Assembly (NCBI GenBank): GCA_051362555.1
Contig: CM120649.1
Location: 9,610,001 to 9,674,000, forward strand
Origin: Lingula anatina
Lineage: Eukaryota; Animalia; Brachiopoda
Reading direction: 5' to 3'
DNA length: 64,000 nt
The position numbers and the translations under genes are program-made. Positions 38,183 through 50,785 of the stretch are shown here, piece after piece (position 1 is the first letter of the stretch; every line of letters starts with the position of its first letter). Under the pieces are notes generated by a model. It was not told the DNA's origin and made no database searches. It was given only the letters and a program-made list of their open reading frames with translations.

Positions 38183-39425
38183 CAGTCTGCGACGTTAAGC
38201 ACTAGCCCGAGGCAATTGCCCACCTAAAGTGGCACCGGGCTAGTAAAAAAGTTGAAATTTTATAAAGCACTAGCCCGAACGGGCTAGTTGTAATTTTGAA
38301 CCTATTTTAACACTCAGTAAGATTTCAAAAATATAAGTCGCCAGTCTTCTTTGTCCCTGCCTCTGATTTGACGTTTCTAGATAGTATGATATGCCTCTCA
38401 GTTGAAAAAACTCACACCTAGCTCTAACTACTGAATATTGATTAGTTGCTATAAATAACTTCACTGTAGTTATTTATAGCAGCAGTCTGTCTGATCAGCG
38501 TGTCGGCTTCTTTTTATTTGACCAGTTTGTTGTCATGACTACAAATTGCTGTCAATCAAGTTACTGGATCAGACCGGAATTCCTTAGTACTAGCAACAGG
38601 TTTTGTCAAAACAACACTGTCTCCGAAGCAAGTGTTATCTCATAGAACATTTGGGTTAGGACCACTTAGCAGACTGAGGGGTGGAGTATTCTATTTCCTT
38701 TTTTCTTTATATTTTTTATTTATAATTTTAATATCCATGAGTAAATACATTTTCCTTTGCTTATTGCCTTTTAAAAACAATAAGACCTTGGCAGTTACAT
38801 AAATACCCTATGAACTATTCTTGACAATGTGGGATAGTTCGGTTTATGCCATGGCTACCCCTCCACACTTTGTCCTGGTAAAGTCCTTGAAAAGTTGTTT
38901 TTACAAATATATAACCAAAAGAATTGTAACAAAAAAAATTGTAAGACGTTTGTTTAATTACCCTTACAGCACCTATGTATTTTAATTTAGAAGTGGCATT
39001 ATATACCGATGTTATTGGAAATAAATTGTCAGAAAAGAGCCATTGTCAATAAAAAGAATAGGAATTAAAAAAAATTTTGATTGCATATGAAAAATGGAAA
39101 AAAAAGATATTATAAAAATATGAAAAGTAAGGGTAACTTAATTCAGTATTACAAATTAAAAAAAGAATTTTTTCAATATTAAAATAATTAAATATATTTT
39201 TTAATTAATTTTACCACCCCATCTACTGGAAATTAACCTGATTGACTTTGTTATTCACTTGCTCTACTTCTATAATAAGGTTTATAAGAAAGTACAGTAT
39301 GGTACCACAACTCTTTACAACATCTGCTTAAACTTTTTAAATGATTATTTAAATTGGGCTAGTGATTTTTGGTTCGGGCTAGTAAAGTTTGAGAGTCTGC
39401 TAGCCCGAAGGACTAGTAGTCTAAA
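38183..39425. mobile_element. Non-autonomous TIR element remnant (hAT-like) with ACTAGCCCG subterminal repeats; right end lost
   Basis: Starts CAG. Clusters of actagcccg/cgggctagt at 38200-38290 and 39355-39420. Confidence 0.5.
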
Positions 39426-39429
39426 AATG

Positions 39430-40088
39430 TGGTGGTGAAAGGAAAACCATGTCACTTGCTCTTCTCACACTTACAGGAAAGAAACATAAGACTGAAATAC
39501 AGCTTCAGTTGAAAAATTGTCTCATTAGGTAATTTTCTGGAAGTTATAAATTTTTTTTTGTGAAAATTTTTATCTTTCACATGTTGCAATTTTCAATGTG
39601 GGACTTGGAGCTCCCTTGGGCATGAAGCCCAGTGGTAATCAAATTTTCTTAAGGTCCATGTTTTTAATAGCAGATATTTTAAAATTGGTGGTATTTAATT
39701 AGTTAATCATCATGTAATGTTGCATTAAAATTGACAAAAAACCTACTTTGTGCTCTGCCACCATTAATATTATGTAAAGTAAAGTGTTACTTTCTATTTT
39801 TTTTAACTATTCTTACAAGAATGATTCTTAGGAGTGACATACAGCTCATATTAGAAAACCAGCTCTATTGGATTATCAATTTTATTAAATTTATGCATTT
39901 TTGAAATCTTCATTTTTCTCATTCTGGCACATTCTAGGTATAAACTTGAACTCTGATGGGCCTGAAGCCTTATGCTTCTACTTTCATCAGTGTTACCTGT
40001 TGTGCATAATTAAAATTTGATGTTGACTGTGCAGTTAAACATAATGTATTATTGCATCAGAATTGGCAGTCTCCTGTTTTTTTGCATT
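39430..40088 (+). mobile_element. HINE family A 3' portion, split by the 40087-44684 insertion
   Basis: Homologous to 52700-53330 and to the reverse complement of 31485-31740. The sequence continues as gttttctgctttt at 44685. Confidence 0.65.
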
Positions 40089-41024
40089 ATTGTACCACCA
40101 GGCGCTGGAGGTACACATGGTTTTAGTCCCGTCCAGATCGTTCCGCCGGCTTCGCCGCCATGTTACCGTTACCGCTTCTCCTCTTAGACAGAAAATGACC
40201 TGCATACCCATCTCTTGGATTTAGGTCACCTATAGTCTCAACTCGTTCCACGTAAAATTTGGGCTTTGTTTGTATCCGGGTCTAGGTGTGGCACTCATTG
40301 CAATGCACCCTTGTCCAAAAATGGCAAAATTAAATGCTAATTATCTACCTACGGATGGAATTATGGGAAAAATTTCTACAGACGGCTTTCCAAAAGTCAT
40401 ATTTGTAGATTTCAAATATGTGCTTGGATTTGACCTTTATTTCAAGGTCAAACTGGCCAAAATTAAAAAAAAATGATTTGCACTGTTATTCAGATACTAC
40501 ACAGACTTAACCAATAATATTATTGGAAAGTGTTACCCTTCAGGTCATCTTTCATATCCGTGAATTGGGGTCAATCGGTGCATTTTCACAGGAGTAGTGG
40601 CCATATGATACTAAAACTGAAAACTGTCTCTAATTCAGGAACCGTTAATGCTAGAGACCCATTCTTTTTTGCCTTTTGTAGAGCATGTAAATCCCAACAC
40701 TGGGAGTGGTCTCTGTTTTTTTTATTCCATACTGTTTTCGAGTTACGCTGTATCAAAAGTACATATTGGTGGTGAAAGCAAAATGTGCAGTACGGTAATG
40801 GATAATAAATTTTGAACCCCGGGAAAATAAAACATAAGGCTTGGCAAGGCAGACAACTTCTGGTCAAAAATGACATTATTTCATGAAATTTGAACATCTG
40901 GAACTTCTGAGCACCTCCCATTTCAAGAATTTCAACCAAAATGACCTTTTCTTTATTTTAATTAATTTTTTCTGTACGAAATTTATGGCACATTATTGAA
41001 ACTCCAAAGTTATAACATTTAGTC

Positions 41025-42170
41025 CCTTATATCTCCAAAACTGGCAGAGATAGGTCCATAGTTACTATTGAACTTGAATAGGAAGTCATATACTGGCAAT
41101 CTTAATGTGACCTTGAAATTGACCTTTGACCTACTTTACACCATAAACTGAACTTTGCAACTTTTTAATGCTTTTATTTTCAAAACTGGCAGAGACACGC
41201 CCATAGTTACTATTGAATTTGAATAGAAAGTCATTAGAGGCAATTTACTGTGACCTTAAATTTGACCTTTGACCTACTTTTAACCATGAATTGAACTTCA
41301 CAAATTTTGGTTCACTTTTATCTCCAAGACTGACAATGACACGTCCATAGTTATTATTTAATTTGAATATGAAGTCATTAGAGGAAATTTACTGTGACCT
41401 TAAAATTGACCTTTGACCTACTTTTTACCATGAACTTAACTTTGCAAATTTTATTTCCCTTTTATCTCCAAAACTGGCAAAAATACGCCTATAGTTATTG
41501 TTGAATTTGAATAGAAAGTGATTAGAGGCAATTTACAGTGACCTTAAAATTGACCTTTGACCTACTTATCACCATGAACTGAACTTTGCTAATTTCTTTC
41601 CCTTTTAACTCCAAACCTGGCAGAGATAGGTCCATAGTTACCAGTAAAGTTGAATACGAAGTCATATACTTGTAATCTTACTCTGACCTTGAAATTGACC
41701 TTTGATCTACTTTACACCATAAACTGAACTTTGCAACTATTCAGTGCTTTTATTTTCAAAACTGGCAGAGATACGCCCATAGGTACTATTGAATTTGAAT
41801 AGAAAGTCATTAGAGGCAATTTACTGTGACCTTAAAATTGACCTTTGACATACTTTTAACCATGAACTGAAATGTTGTTCCCTTTTATCTCCAAAACTAG
41901 CAGAGATAGGTCCATAGTTACTATTGAACTTGAATAGGAAGTCATATACTGGCAATCTAAATGTGACCTTGAAATTGACCTTTGACCTACTTTACACCAT
42001 AAACTGAACTTTGCAACTTTTTAATGCTTTTATTTTCAAAACTGGCAGAGATACGCCCATAGTTACTATTGAATTTGAATAGGAAGTCATATACTGGCAA
42101 TCTAAGTGTGACCTTGAAATTGACCTTTGACCTACCTTACGATGAACTGAACCTTTATTGTACCATTTTT
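41025..42170 (+). repeat. ~144-bp tandem array, ~8 copies, with tgaccttgaaattgacctttgacc motif
   Basis: aaactggcag-type anchor near 41038, 41183, 41327, 41471, 41613, 41759, 41894 and 42039. Confidence 0.92.
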
Positions 42171-42193
42171 AGTTATATATTTTTTTTGCATAT

Positions 42194-44523
42194 GGGCATT
42201 TTTACAATCCTGGGCTCCTTTTTTTTTCCCACCAAGGGTCAAAAAATAGAAGTCATTATTGTGTTGAAATTTGTACTTTTCTTGAAAGTATAGACCTGAA
42301 GGGTATAAGAAATGACAATCCCGAGATAAAACCTTGTGTATGTATAAAGATATGATTATTTGAATTTTGAAAATCATTTTTTAATTTTCATAAGCTAAAC
42401 CTTGAAGTATGTGACTTTTATGGTAATTTAGGGTATTGATCTCCAAAAAAACACTTAGTTTTACTCAGAGAGTATTGCTCTTTTATGTATTGGGAAAAAA
42501 ATGGATGAAAATATCCAAAATTTGACGCATCAATGATATTTTGTAATTTTCCTGTTTCAGTATTAAATGTGACTCCATGAAGTTTTTGATTCTGAGATAT
42601 TCTGAGGACTTCTGTACTTCACTTTACCTTGCATTAGTTCTTGATGTTATGCTTCATGATTGTGTAAAATATTATTTTGCACGGACATGTGTACTAATTG
42701 CAGTGTCATGTTAAAATAAATGTCCTTTCTGAAACATCCCTGTTTCAGAAAGGACATTTTTTAAACATTTATGAAATTGCTTTAAGATCTCATAGTATGT
42801 TGGTTTACAAGGCACAGGTGAAGCAATCATTGGACAAAATATGAGTAAACTAGATTAAAATTGAACTGTTTTTATTATATTAATTGGTCAGTTTGGATAG
42901 TTTTTGATTCATTATTGAAATGTTACTCCATTAAGTATCTGATCATGACATATAATAGAGTCTTCTACACTCCATTATACCCTATTCTACTTCCTTTAGT
43001 AATTACATTTTTAAATATGCCCTTTTAGGCATGTCCTGGAATGGACATTTATTTAACATTTAGGAAATTGTTTAAATGGTATATATATATATATATATAT
43101 AGATGTATCATGATGTATTTATATATTATAAATAATCACAGGAAGTTAATTATAACATGTGTCTGCCTGCAAGCGCCTCTGTAAACCGTGCCAGATCTGA
43201 CTCTCGCAACATTAACACCTGTAGCCTCATAACTATTTTCATATACTTTTATGTACATCATAAGTAAGCAATATTTAAAGTAAGGTAAGCTATATTATTC
43301 AAAATTATATTTTACATAACTTTGATGCACTTCCCATCATCCTCTTCCTCATGAATAATAAATAGATGAGCAGACCAAAGAGTAAATAAGTGTTTTAGAC
43401 AACGTGTTAAAAATGTCCTTTCCGATACAAAGCATCCAAATTGCTTATATTTCTATTTATATTGATATAATCTCTTTAATTAAATGTTAATTTAACTTTG
43501 AAATACATGAACTTTGGGAAAATATGCAATGGAAGTTTTAGTAGATCCAAAGAAAAGATGCTGACTCGCAAAAATGAATTTTTTTATTGAGGATATATAT
43601 AGAAATTTAAAAAGATGCCACTGAAGAAATGTTTTTCTATTATTTTTATGTCATATGCATGATGCTCTAACAGTAATTTGCTCATGTCAAGTGAAACACA
43701 GCATTAAAGACAGAATTCTCTCTATTTATAGCATTGGCAATGTAAAGGTACTTTGTTTCAGAATGGACAATTTTTAACGGGCATCATAAGAAAGGCCACA
43801 GTTGGATGGGTTCCTGTGCACTGGGGTTTTCTTATATAAAAATAAATATCACATGTCCTGGACTTTAGAGAAATATATATTGTTACAGGCTAGGTGTCAA
43901 CATGTTCTTTTTATGTAAGAGAAACCCAATGTTTCGGAATGGACAAATTTAACGGAAAAACAGAGTAGGGTTATTTTGCACTCCATGTCAAGCTCCAGAA
44001 TCATCGCGCAGATTTCATTATTTGATACAAACAATACCAATACATCCAAATAATGATTAGGATGGTTAATTATACTGTATGCTTTATGATATATTTTCTG
44101 AAAGTCATTTATTTTTGTTTCGGAATGGACATTTCGTTTAACGGAAATACCAGCATGCCATTAAAAGACTTTTTTCTAGGATACTTCTCTCTCCTGTTAA
44201 TATTTAAACTTTTTTGCTTCCATCATACTACTGAGTGTTTTATAATCCAAAAAAATGCAATGTCAAATACTGTTTTAATTTATTTCAGATTGCTTTTTAT
44301 TTCATATGACTAAAACGAGAAAAATATTTGGTCATTTTTCGGGCTTTTCTTTAGCATAACTTTGGACTCGGAGGTGATATTTGGTTTCTGTTTTCAGTGT
44401 TTATCTTCACTTACACCATTCTCTAACATAGTGATTTAAGAATTCTTTGATCATATGTATGTAATTTGTTAATTAGCAATATGTGGGAAAATCTGAAAAG
44501 TGCCCAGGATTGTAAAAATGCCC
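42194..44523. mobile_element. Non-autonomous TIR DNA transposon, 2.3 kb, perfect 22-bp TIR with ATAT (or TA) duplication
   Basis: atat-GGGCATTTTTACAATCCTGGGC ... GCCCAGGATTGTAAAAATGCCC-atat. An internal motif TGTTTC(A/G)GAA(T/A)GGACA is repeated about 7 times in both orientations. No ORF. Confidence 0.8.
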
Positions 44524-45039
44524 ATATTTTGAGAATTCTTGTTGATTGCATTTTTTACAGCTTGTCAAGCACAAGACTGATAGTGGTGTCCCTTTTTTTG
44601 TGTGTGGGGGGTCTATACGAATGCGCTTACTCCAGCTGGTGGTACAATATTCGGAGGCGGTATCACCTCTCTGATCCTCTAGTTGTTTTCTGCTTTTCTT
44701 AAGGTGTGACTTATGTGCCTGAAGACCTTTGATATACAAATTTGTGTGGTCAGTCTGTAAATTCCCCTTGGGTATTCACTAGGCTAAGTTCAGTGTTATA
44801 AACTCATTTGCCTAATTAAGTGGCCATTAAATGAAATTTCATAAAGCACATTTGTTGATATTTCCCTGTAAAATCCCAAAGGTTAAGCTGTCTGCTAGAT
44901 AACATAGTGTCCATAATAAGGAAGCAGTGAATAGCAGCTTCATTGGGATTATATTTTTGTTGTTTTCTTTTTAATTTTTTCTCCAACAGTGGCATTTTTA
45001 AGAAGTGACTTTTAACTCCCATCCACCTGAGGCTCTGCA

Positions 45040-45464
45040 CATTTTCAGTATTTCCACATAAGCAGTGCACTGTCATCATTTTTCATATATTGGGACTTTC
45101 ATCATGTGAATTTTAACTCTCATGGTCCCGAAACTGTAATCTGATTGAAGGGGTGGATTGAGACCATCTTCTGGGTCTCCTGGAAGACAGTTAGATTTTA
45201 AAGTTTATATTAACGGGTTTCTGTTGGAAGACCATCAAAATGGAGGATGGATCAACAAAGATACTTTGCAATACTATCAGAAAATATCTCTGGATCTGCT
45301 CCTGTTTTTGACCATGTTACCTGTTGTGCATGATTAAAAATCAGTGTTGACTGACTGTGCTCTTATAAGCATTATTTATTATTGCATCAAAATTAACAAA
45401 ATGACCTATTTTGCATTTTTTTTCTGTTTTTTGTCTGTACATTTGACAGCTTTGCTGCCTTGTT
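45040..45464 (+). mobile_element. HINE family A 3' fragment
   Basis: Ends tgtctgtacatttgacagctttgctgccttgtt; reverse complement of 29703-30130. Confidence 0.75.
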
Positions 45465-45622
45465 TTATTTAGGTTTAATGTAGTCTGGTCTTTCATAAAC
45501 CAGAAAGAATACCAGTTCCTAGTATTGTACAGTCCTTTACAAATTACACCAATATTACAGATAAACTTATTGTTGTAGTTCTGATACACATGCTTTGGAA
45601 CAAAGAAAAATTGTGGCACTTA

Positions 45623-45879
45623 GGCTTCGTTCACATGCAATGTCTATTTTCTAAATTCTATTTTCTATTCGCGCTATCTTATGATCACGGTCTGTGCACT
45701 GAATATCCCGCCGCGTAATTACTAGCAGCGCGAGCCAGTTACTTATAGTAACTTATAGTAACTGGCTCGCGCTGCCAGTAATTACGCCGCGGGACATTAA
45801 GGGCACAGAGCGTGATCATAAGACATACCGCGAATAGAAAATAGAATTTAGAAAATAGACATTGCATGTGAACGAAGCC
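45623..45879. mobile_element. PIF/Harbinger (Tourist-like) MITE, almost fully palindromic, 257 bp
   Basis: TTA TSD at 45620-22 and 45880-82. TIR GGCTTCGTTCACATGCAATGTCTATTTTCTAAATTCTATTTTCTATTCGCG is perfect for ~50 bp, and pairing continues to the centre. Confidence 0.9.
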
Positions 45880-45882
45880 TTA

Positions 45883-46107
45883 GACCCCATTTCCATAGAT
45901 TTTAGATCGATCCATACCAGTGGGGAGTCTCACTAGATTACTGTCAGCTTAGCCGGCTTAAGCGTCTGTCCCGCCTACTGAAAGCTGTAAGGGTGTAATT
46001 AACTATGGTGCGCCCTCGGCTGACTGCAATTTAGCTTGAACCCCAAGGGAGTTAGGTCGATCTAAATCTTAATCCCTGGATCGATCTAAATCTCTGGGAA
46101 TACACCC
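45883..46107. mobile_element. Older Harbinger-like MITE abutting the previous one
   Basis: Degenerate TIRs attt(c)catagattttagatcgatcca / tggatcgatctaaatctctgggaat, flanked by TTA and TGA. Confidence 0.6.
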
Positions 46108-47059
46108 TGAATCAGGGCAGAAACCTCCAAATCAGCCAATCAGCACCTGTTATAGACGAATATAGTTCAGTGAGAAAAAATGAGTGCTTTTTTCCATTTT
46201 TTTCCTGGCATTTCTTGTGTGTTGCTAGGGTTAATTTTGGTATCAACTAGCAGAGTAGGGTGTAAACTACTGCCAGTTTTTTTTTTCAGGACCAGGCACA
46301 GGTGCGGTGCAGTCGTGAGACCTCTGGCGGAAGGGTCTACTGACTGTGAGTGGTTCAGTGGTTTGTTTACAAACAGAGGGGTGCACATGTTCAAGTGATG
46401 CCGGTAAGACAGCGGAGTTGATGACAGTATATTTTTTTGCCATTTGGAGTTATGTCAGTGTGTCTGCTGTCCATGGAGATGGGAAATGTTTCACAGAGTA
46501 ATTTTCTTTATGCAGTTTTGCAAGCATTTCTTAGTATGGTCGTCAATGGTAAATATTTTGGTGGTTTCTCCCCTTAATGGCCCCTGACATTGTAACTAAG
46601 GCATGTGTTTTCAAACCATTCACACTTCAATATTTTGTCAACCAACTCAAACTTTGATACTTAGATCATAGCACTATAGCTTGCCCCTAATGTGAGTATA
46701 GTTCTTCATATGTCTTATGTGTAAGGTATGTTAATTGCTATTATGATGACCAATTGTGAAATAGTAATATGTCACTCTACGGGTATAAGTAATTAAGTTG
46801 GAATTTACAGTTAATTAAACTTTAACTAAACATAACATTTCCTTGACGTTCCCCTACCTATATATGCTAGCTTGCGCATGATGAATAGGTATTATACTCA
46901 TTGGTTGGTTTGGTGGAGGCTATTTGTTTCAAGTCTTTTGCTTTGGGTGTTCCTCAATACACTAATTGGCATATATTGGTCCATGAGCCAGCTATATAGA
47001 CACTTACCAAAAAAGGGACGAATCAGTGATATTTAGAAAGGCTTATGTCTCCTACATAC

Positions 47060-48108
47060 ATTGTATATCCTTATGGAGGCAAGGGATGGGAGAATTAATT
47101 TCCTAAATCATGAATGCATGGTCAAGGGTCATTGTTAATGGGTCAAATGCAGTGGTGAATTTAGATGGGGGTCAGGGGGGTCCTGACCCCCCTTCACTTT
47201 CTGAAAAAAAAATCACAGCAACGGTCCGCTCTTGAAATTAGAATTTTGAATAGCTGAATCATACTTACCAAATGGTACCAAATGGCACTGTTCGTCCTCT
47301 AAAATGCCAACATTTTTGGGGACGCTTTAGAGGGCCCCGGGGGATTTTTCAAAACTTAAAACCATTTTTTAAAATCATTGCTGGAGTAATAAGAATATCA
47401 TGGTATTTGGTGAATGGCATAGTATAGTCTAAAGCTAATTACTAAAATTTGGAGCATCAGCAGTCTTAATTTAGAAAATTATGTAAAAGAGTGTGAACCT
47501 TACAATGCAAATATGCCATCTTTGAAAGTGGGGGTAGGGGAGAGAAAATACTTGCCATATCAATATGATTAAAGATACATCAATACATAATATATCCTTA
47601 TGGAGGTAAGGGATGGGACAATTTAATTTCATAAGTTATGAATGCATGATAATAAGTCAAGGTAATTGATGATGGGTCAGATGTCACAAGAGGTCATATT
47701 TTGTAAATTTTTTTTTATAAATTTAAACCATTATCTTTTTAATAAATGTTGTTTGAGAAAGAAATTAAAATTTGGTGACTGATTTTAAACATGGTATAGT
47801 CTAATGCTTATGAACAAAATTTGGAGCCTCAACTGTCTTATTTGAAAAAGTCATGTAATAAAATGTGAGCCTAACATTCAAAATGTGGGTTCTTTGAAAG
47901 GGGGGGGGATAGGGGAGAGAAAATGCTTGCCACATCAATTTGATTAATAATATCACAATGCATTATATATCTTTATAGAAGCAATTTGCAAAGAATGGAA
48001 CAATCAATTTTATAAATCTTGAATGTGTGACAATTAGTCAAGTGCCATTGATAAGGGGTCAAATGTCACAAGAAGTCATATTTTACAGATTTTTCATAAA
48101 TTAAAAGC
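47060..48108 (+). repeat. Degenerate ~375-bp tandem repeat (about 2.5 copies); the first copy carries a small CAG-start insertion from 47150
   Basis: atatccttatggagg-aagggatggga...tgaatgcatg...gggtcaaatg near 47065, 47592 and 47966. tttgaaag-gggg-taggggagagaaaat near 47520 and 47893. Confidence 0.75.
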
Positions 48109-48110
48109 AA

Positions 48111-48227
48111 TTTTTATGTACAGACACAGATGTGTCACCGTTACCTGCGTCTGTTGATGCCGTCGAACATAAGAAGTGGAAAAAGGTTTTACCTTTTGGC
48201 TTGAAACTTACAGAACTGATGAACTGG
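48111..48227 (+). mobile_element. HINE family A 5' end, interrupted by a hAT-like insertion
   Basis: tttttatgtacagacacagatgtgtc...gtggaaaaaggttttaccttttggcttgaaacttacagaactgatgaa, the reverse complement of the family A 5' region. Confidence 0.7.
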
Positions 48228-48359
48228 CAGTGATTGGGAAGGAACGCACCATTGTGCCATACGTGCATAGAATCGTAACTGGGCACATAAAAAGCCTTGT
48301 TTGTGCACCATAAATGCACATGATTTTGTTATACCTCGCGTTTTAATAAAGAGTCTACT

Positions 48360-49174
48360 CAGGGTATGAAATTCGTATAAATTTGAAGCCGGACAGCAGG
48401 GCTGGCAACTTGAAAAGTAGCCAGCCCTGACCCAAAGTAGCCAGTCCTGAATTTTTTTGAAAGTTACCTGATTAAACAAATTGCAGGCAAGAACGATATT
48501 GAAACAGGGACTCTTAGTCTCAAAGTGAATTTATTCAAGTAGATTCTTCACTGTTGCATGACCCGCTTGTTACAAATGTTCCATGGGCATACTTATGAAA
48601 TCTTTCTGGTTGTTGACTAGAAACCAATGGTGCAAATACACTTCGATAGGCCTTGCAAAAAAGTTTGACCTTTTAACTATCAGTCTCATCACAAATTAAC
48701 CATGAAAATTCCGTTTTCCATGATGGCAGAACTGACATTTTCCTTTTGCAGGGCTAGACACTAACTTTGGACAGGTGGTCATAAATTTGACGTGTCTGAT
48801 TTTGAATCCAATCTGTCCATCAAAACCAATTTTTTTTCCATTCATACCTCTCGGTGAACTTTATAAACATTAATATGTGTAGTCATACATGTAATGTATT
48901 TTTTACCAATATATTCAGTCAAATGAGCCTGGAAAATGCAGTGGATTTATTTTCAAATAAAAAGTCATTTTTTCATACTTGTGAACTCCTGAATATTTAA
49001 TCTTGCATATAAGTCTGATTTAACATGGTTTCGATCAGGGCTTTTCCCAGAGTTTGGGGTACAGGGTCCACTAATAGTAAATCTGAAATTTGATAACAGA
49101 TTCACATGAAGTTTAACCAAGTCTTTAAAAAATATTGAGCTGGAGGTGGTGGTGGTGGTGGTGGTGGTGGTGGT

Positions 49175-49211
<37 letters not shown>

Positions 49212-50785
49212 TTATATTTTTTAATTAAAATATTCAAAATTTATATCTGAATAAATTTTATTTAAGACTGAAGAATATTCATTGTATAATAGTTTACTTA
49301 TATAAATATCACTACTTTTAAAGTTTTTAAATTGTTATTTATAATAACAATTTGGTTTCTTTAGGGGTAACTATATGTGTTTGATTTTTTAAATGTACAG
49401 TATGAATTAAATAAAATCAGTCTTTAAAAATTCCCCCTTCTTTTTTATATAAATTCTCATATTTTTATTACTAATTTTCTTCCTTGCATCAATACCACAC
49501 TGGTACCATTGCTAATTTATCAAATTCCAGTACTAAATTTTGAACTGTAAATAACACAGGTGGTGCTAGAGTCATTAAATTAAACATCTGACAAAATTTC
49601 AGGTTATGCAAATAAACAACATTTCAACAAGATCTTCAGTCCCAAAGTTTGACTTTCCAACTTCAAATAGTTGTGAGGAGATAGCGTGCAACACATTTGA
49701 TTGACAGGCAGAATGTTGCCTTGACAACAAACTAGATACATCCAGTCCAATCTGGCTCTTGTGTAGTTTCTATTTTAGGAACGATCTTTGTTACTAGAGC
49801 ACGTAGGTTTTTAAACAAATAAATATTCAGTAGTCAGCCTGTTATGTGAATAAATTTTGTCTTGTGAAGTTCTGGAAGGTGTTCACTTTTATAATTTGGC
49901 ATTAAGTTTGCTAAGACTTCGTTTTGGGACCACGTGTTTTGTACCAAATGTAGGTCACCCTTTTCAATGCAATCCAGGAAGAGACAAGAAGACGTCAGTA
50001 TGCAGCAAAAAATTATTTTTCAAGATTTTTGTTCTTAAGTTCTAATAAAACATAACCTGTCCGTCGGACAGCCCACCCTGCAAATTCACTTGTCCGAACT
50101 GAATTTTTACCTGTGGAGCCCTGCTTTGGTGTCATCATACACTTTATTTGATTGTCTGATACCTTCCTGTGTTCTTTTCTTACGTGCTGGGGCATCACAT
50201 TCATTATTAGCACCGAAATACTTAGGCCTACAGAGGGTAGACTGCGACAGGGGTAATCTTAACTGCGACTTAGGCGCAATCCACGTGCGTCGTGATGTCA
50301 TTCAATTAAATTTTTTTTATGAGAAAGACGTCGTACAATTATGATTATGTACAGATTATAGAAGAAGCAAACCTTAAACTGCGTAATTAGACGAGATTGT
50401 GTGAACTTGAATGACCACACATCGTTCGTCACTTGTCTCGTAAACAAGCATATAAATGCCGCGTTTGATACTTTGTATCAGACGTTTCGTAACACGGTGA
50501 AGGGTCTTTGCGCAAGGCATGACGGGAAAAAGGTGAAACAAGCATGTATGACCTACTTTCGGTTTTCGTTCATTTGTTTCGAGTGTCGATTTCTTGAAGG
50601 GTAAGCCTCATTGTTTTCGTTTTATTTCAACCAAATCTGCTTAATATGAACGTGCATATTGATTTAAAATTATTTTAGAGGCCAGAAAATGGCCAGACAT
50701 CCGGACTGACAACTTTTGGAAAGAGACCGCCCGGGTGATAATTGAGCCGTCCCGGGCTGCCGGTCGGTCCTTATTTCGTACCCTG
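48360..50785. mobile_element. Nested non-autonomous hAT element with GTCTACT(C) 7-8 bp TSD
   Basis: gtctact-CAGGGTATGAAAT ... ATTTCGTACCCTG-gtctactc; GC-rich gcc(a/g)g subterminal repeats at both ends. Confidence 0.8.
49141..49206 (+). repeat. (GGT)n plus ~32-nt poly-G tract (G-quadruplex-capable)
   Basis: Read directly from the sequence. Confidence 0.9.

Larger units (their letters stand above)
40087..44684 (+). mobile_element. Complete HINE (family C) with an internal 144-bp tandem array and a nested TIR element
   Basis: 5' TTATTGTACCACCAG-gcg-CTGGAGGTAC. 3' CTGGTGGTACAATA (perfect inverse of the 5' subTIR), hairpin GAGG-cggtatca-CCTC, then CTAGTT. Inserted at TT without a TSD. Confidence 0.8.

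Noticed and set aside
46170-46410. Possible exon ending at G|GTAAG (46403)
   Set aside because: It has no recognisable protein motif or partner exon, so it cannot be supported.
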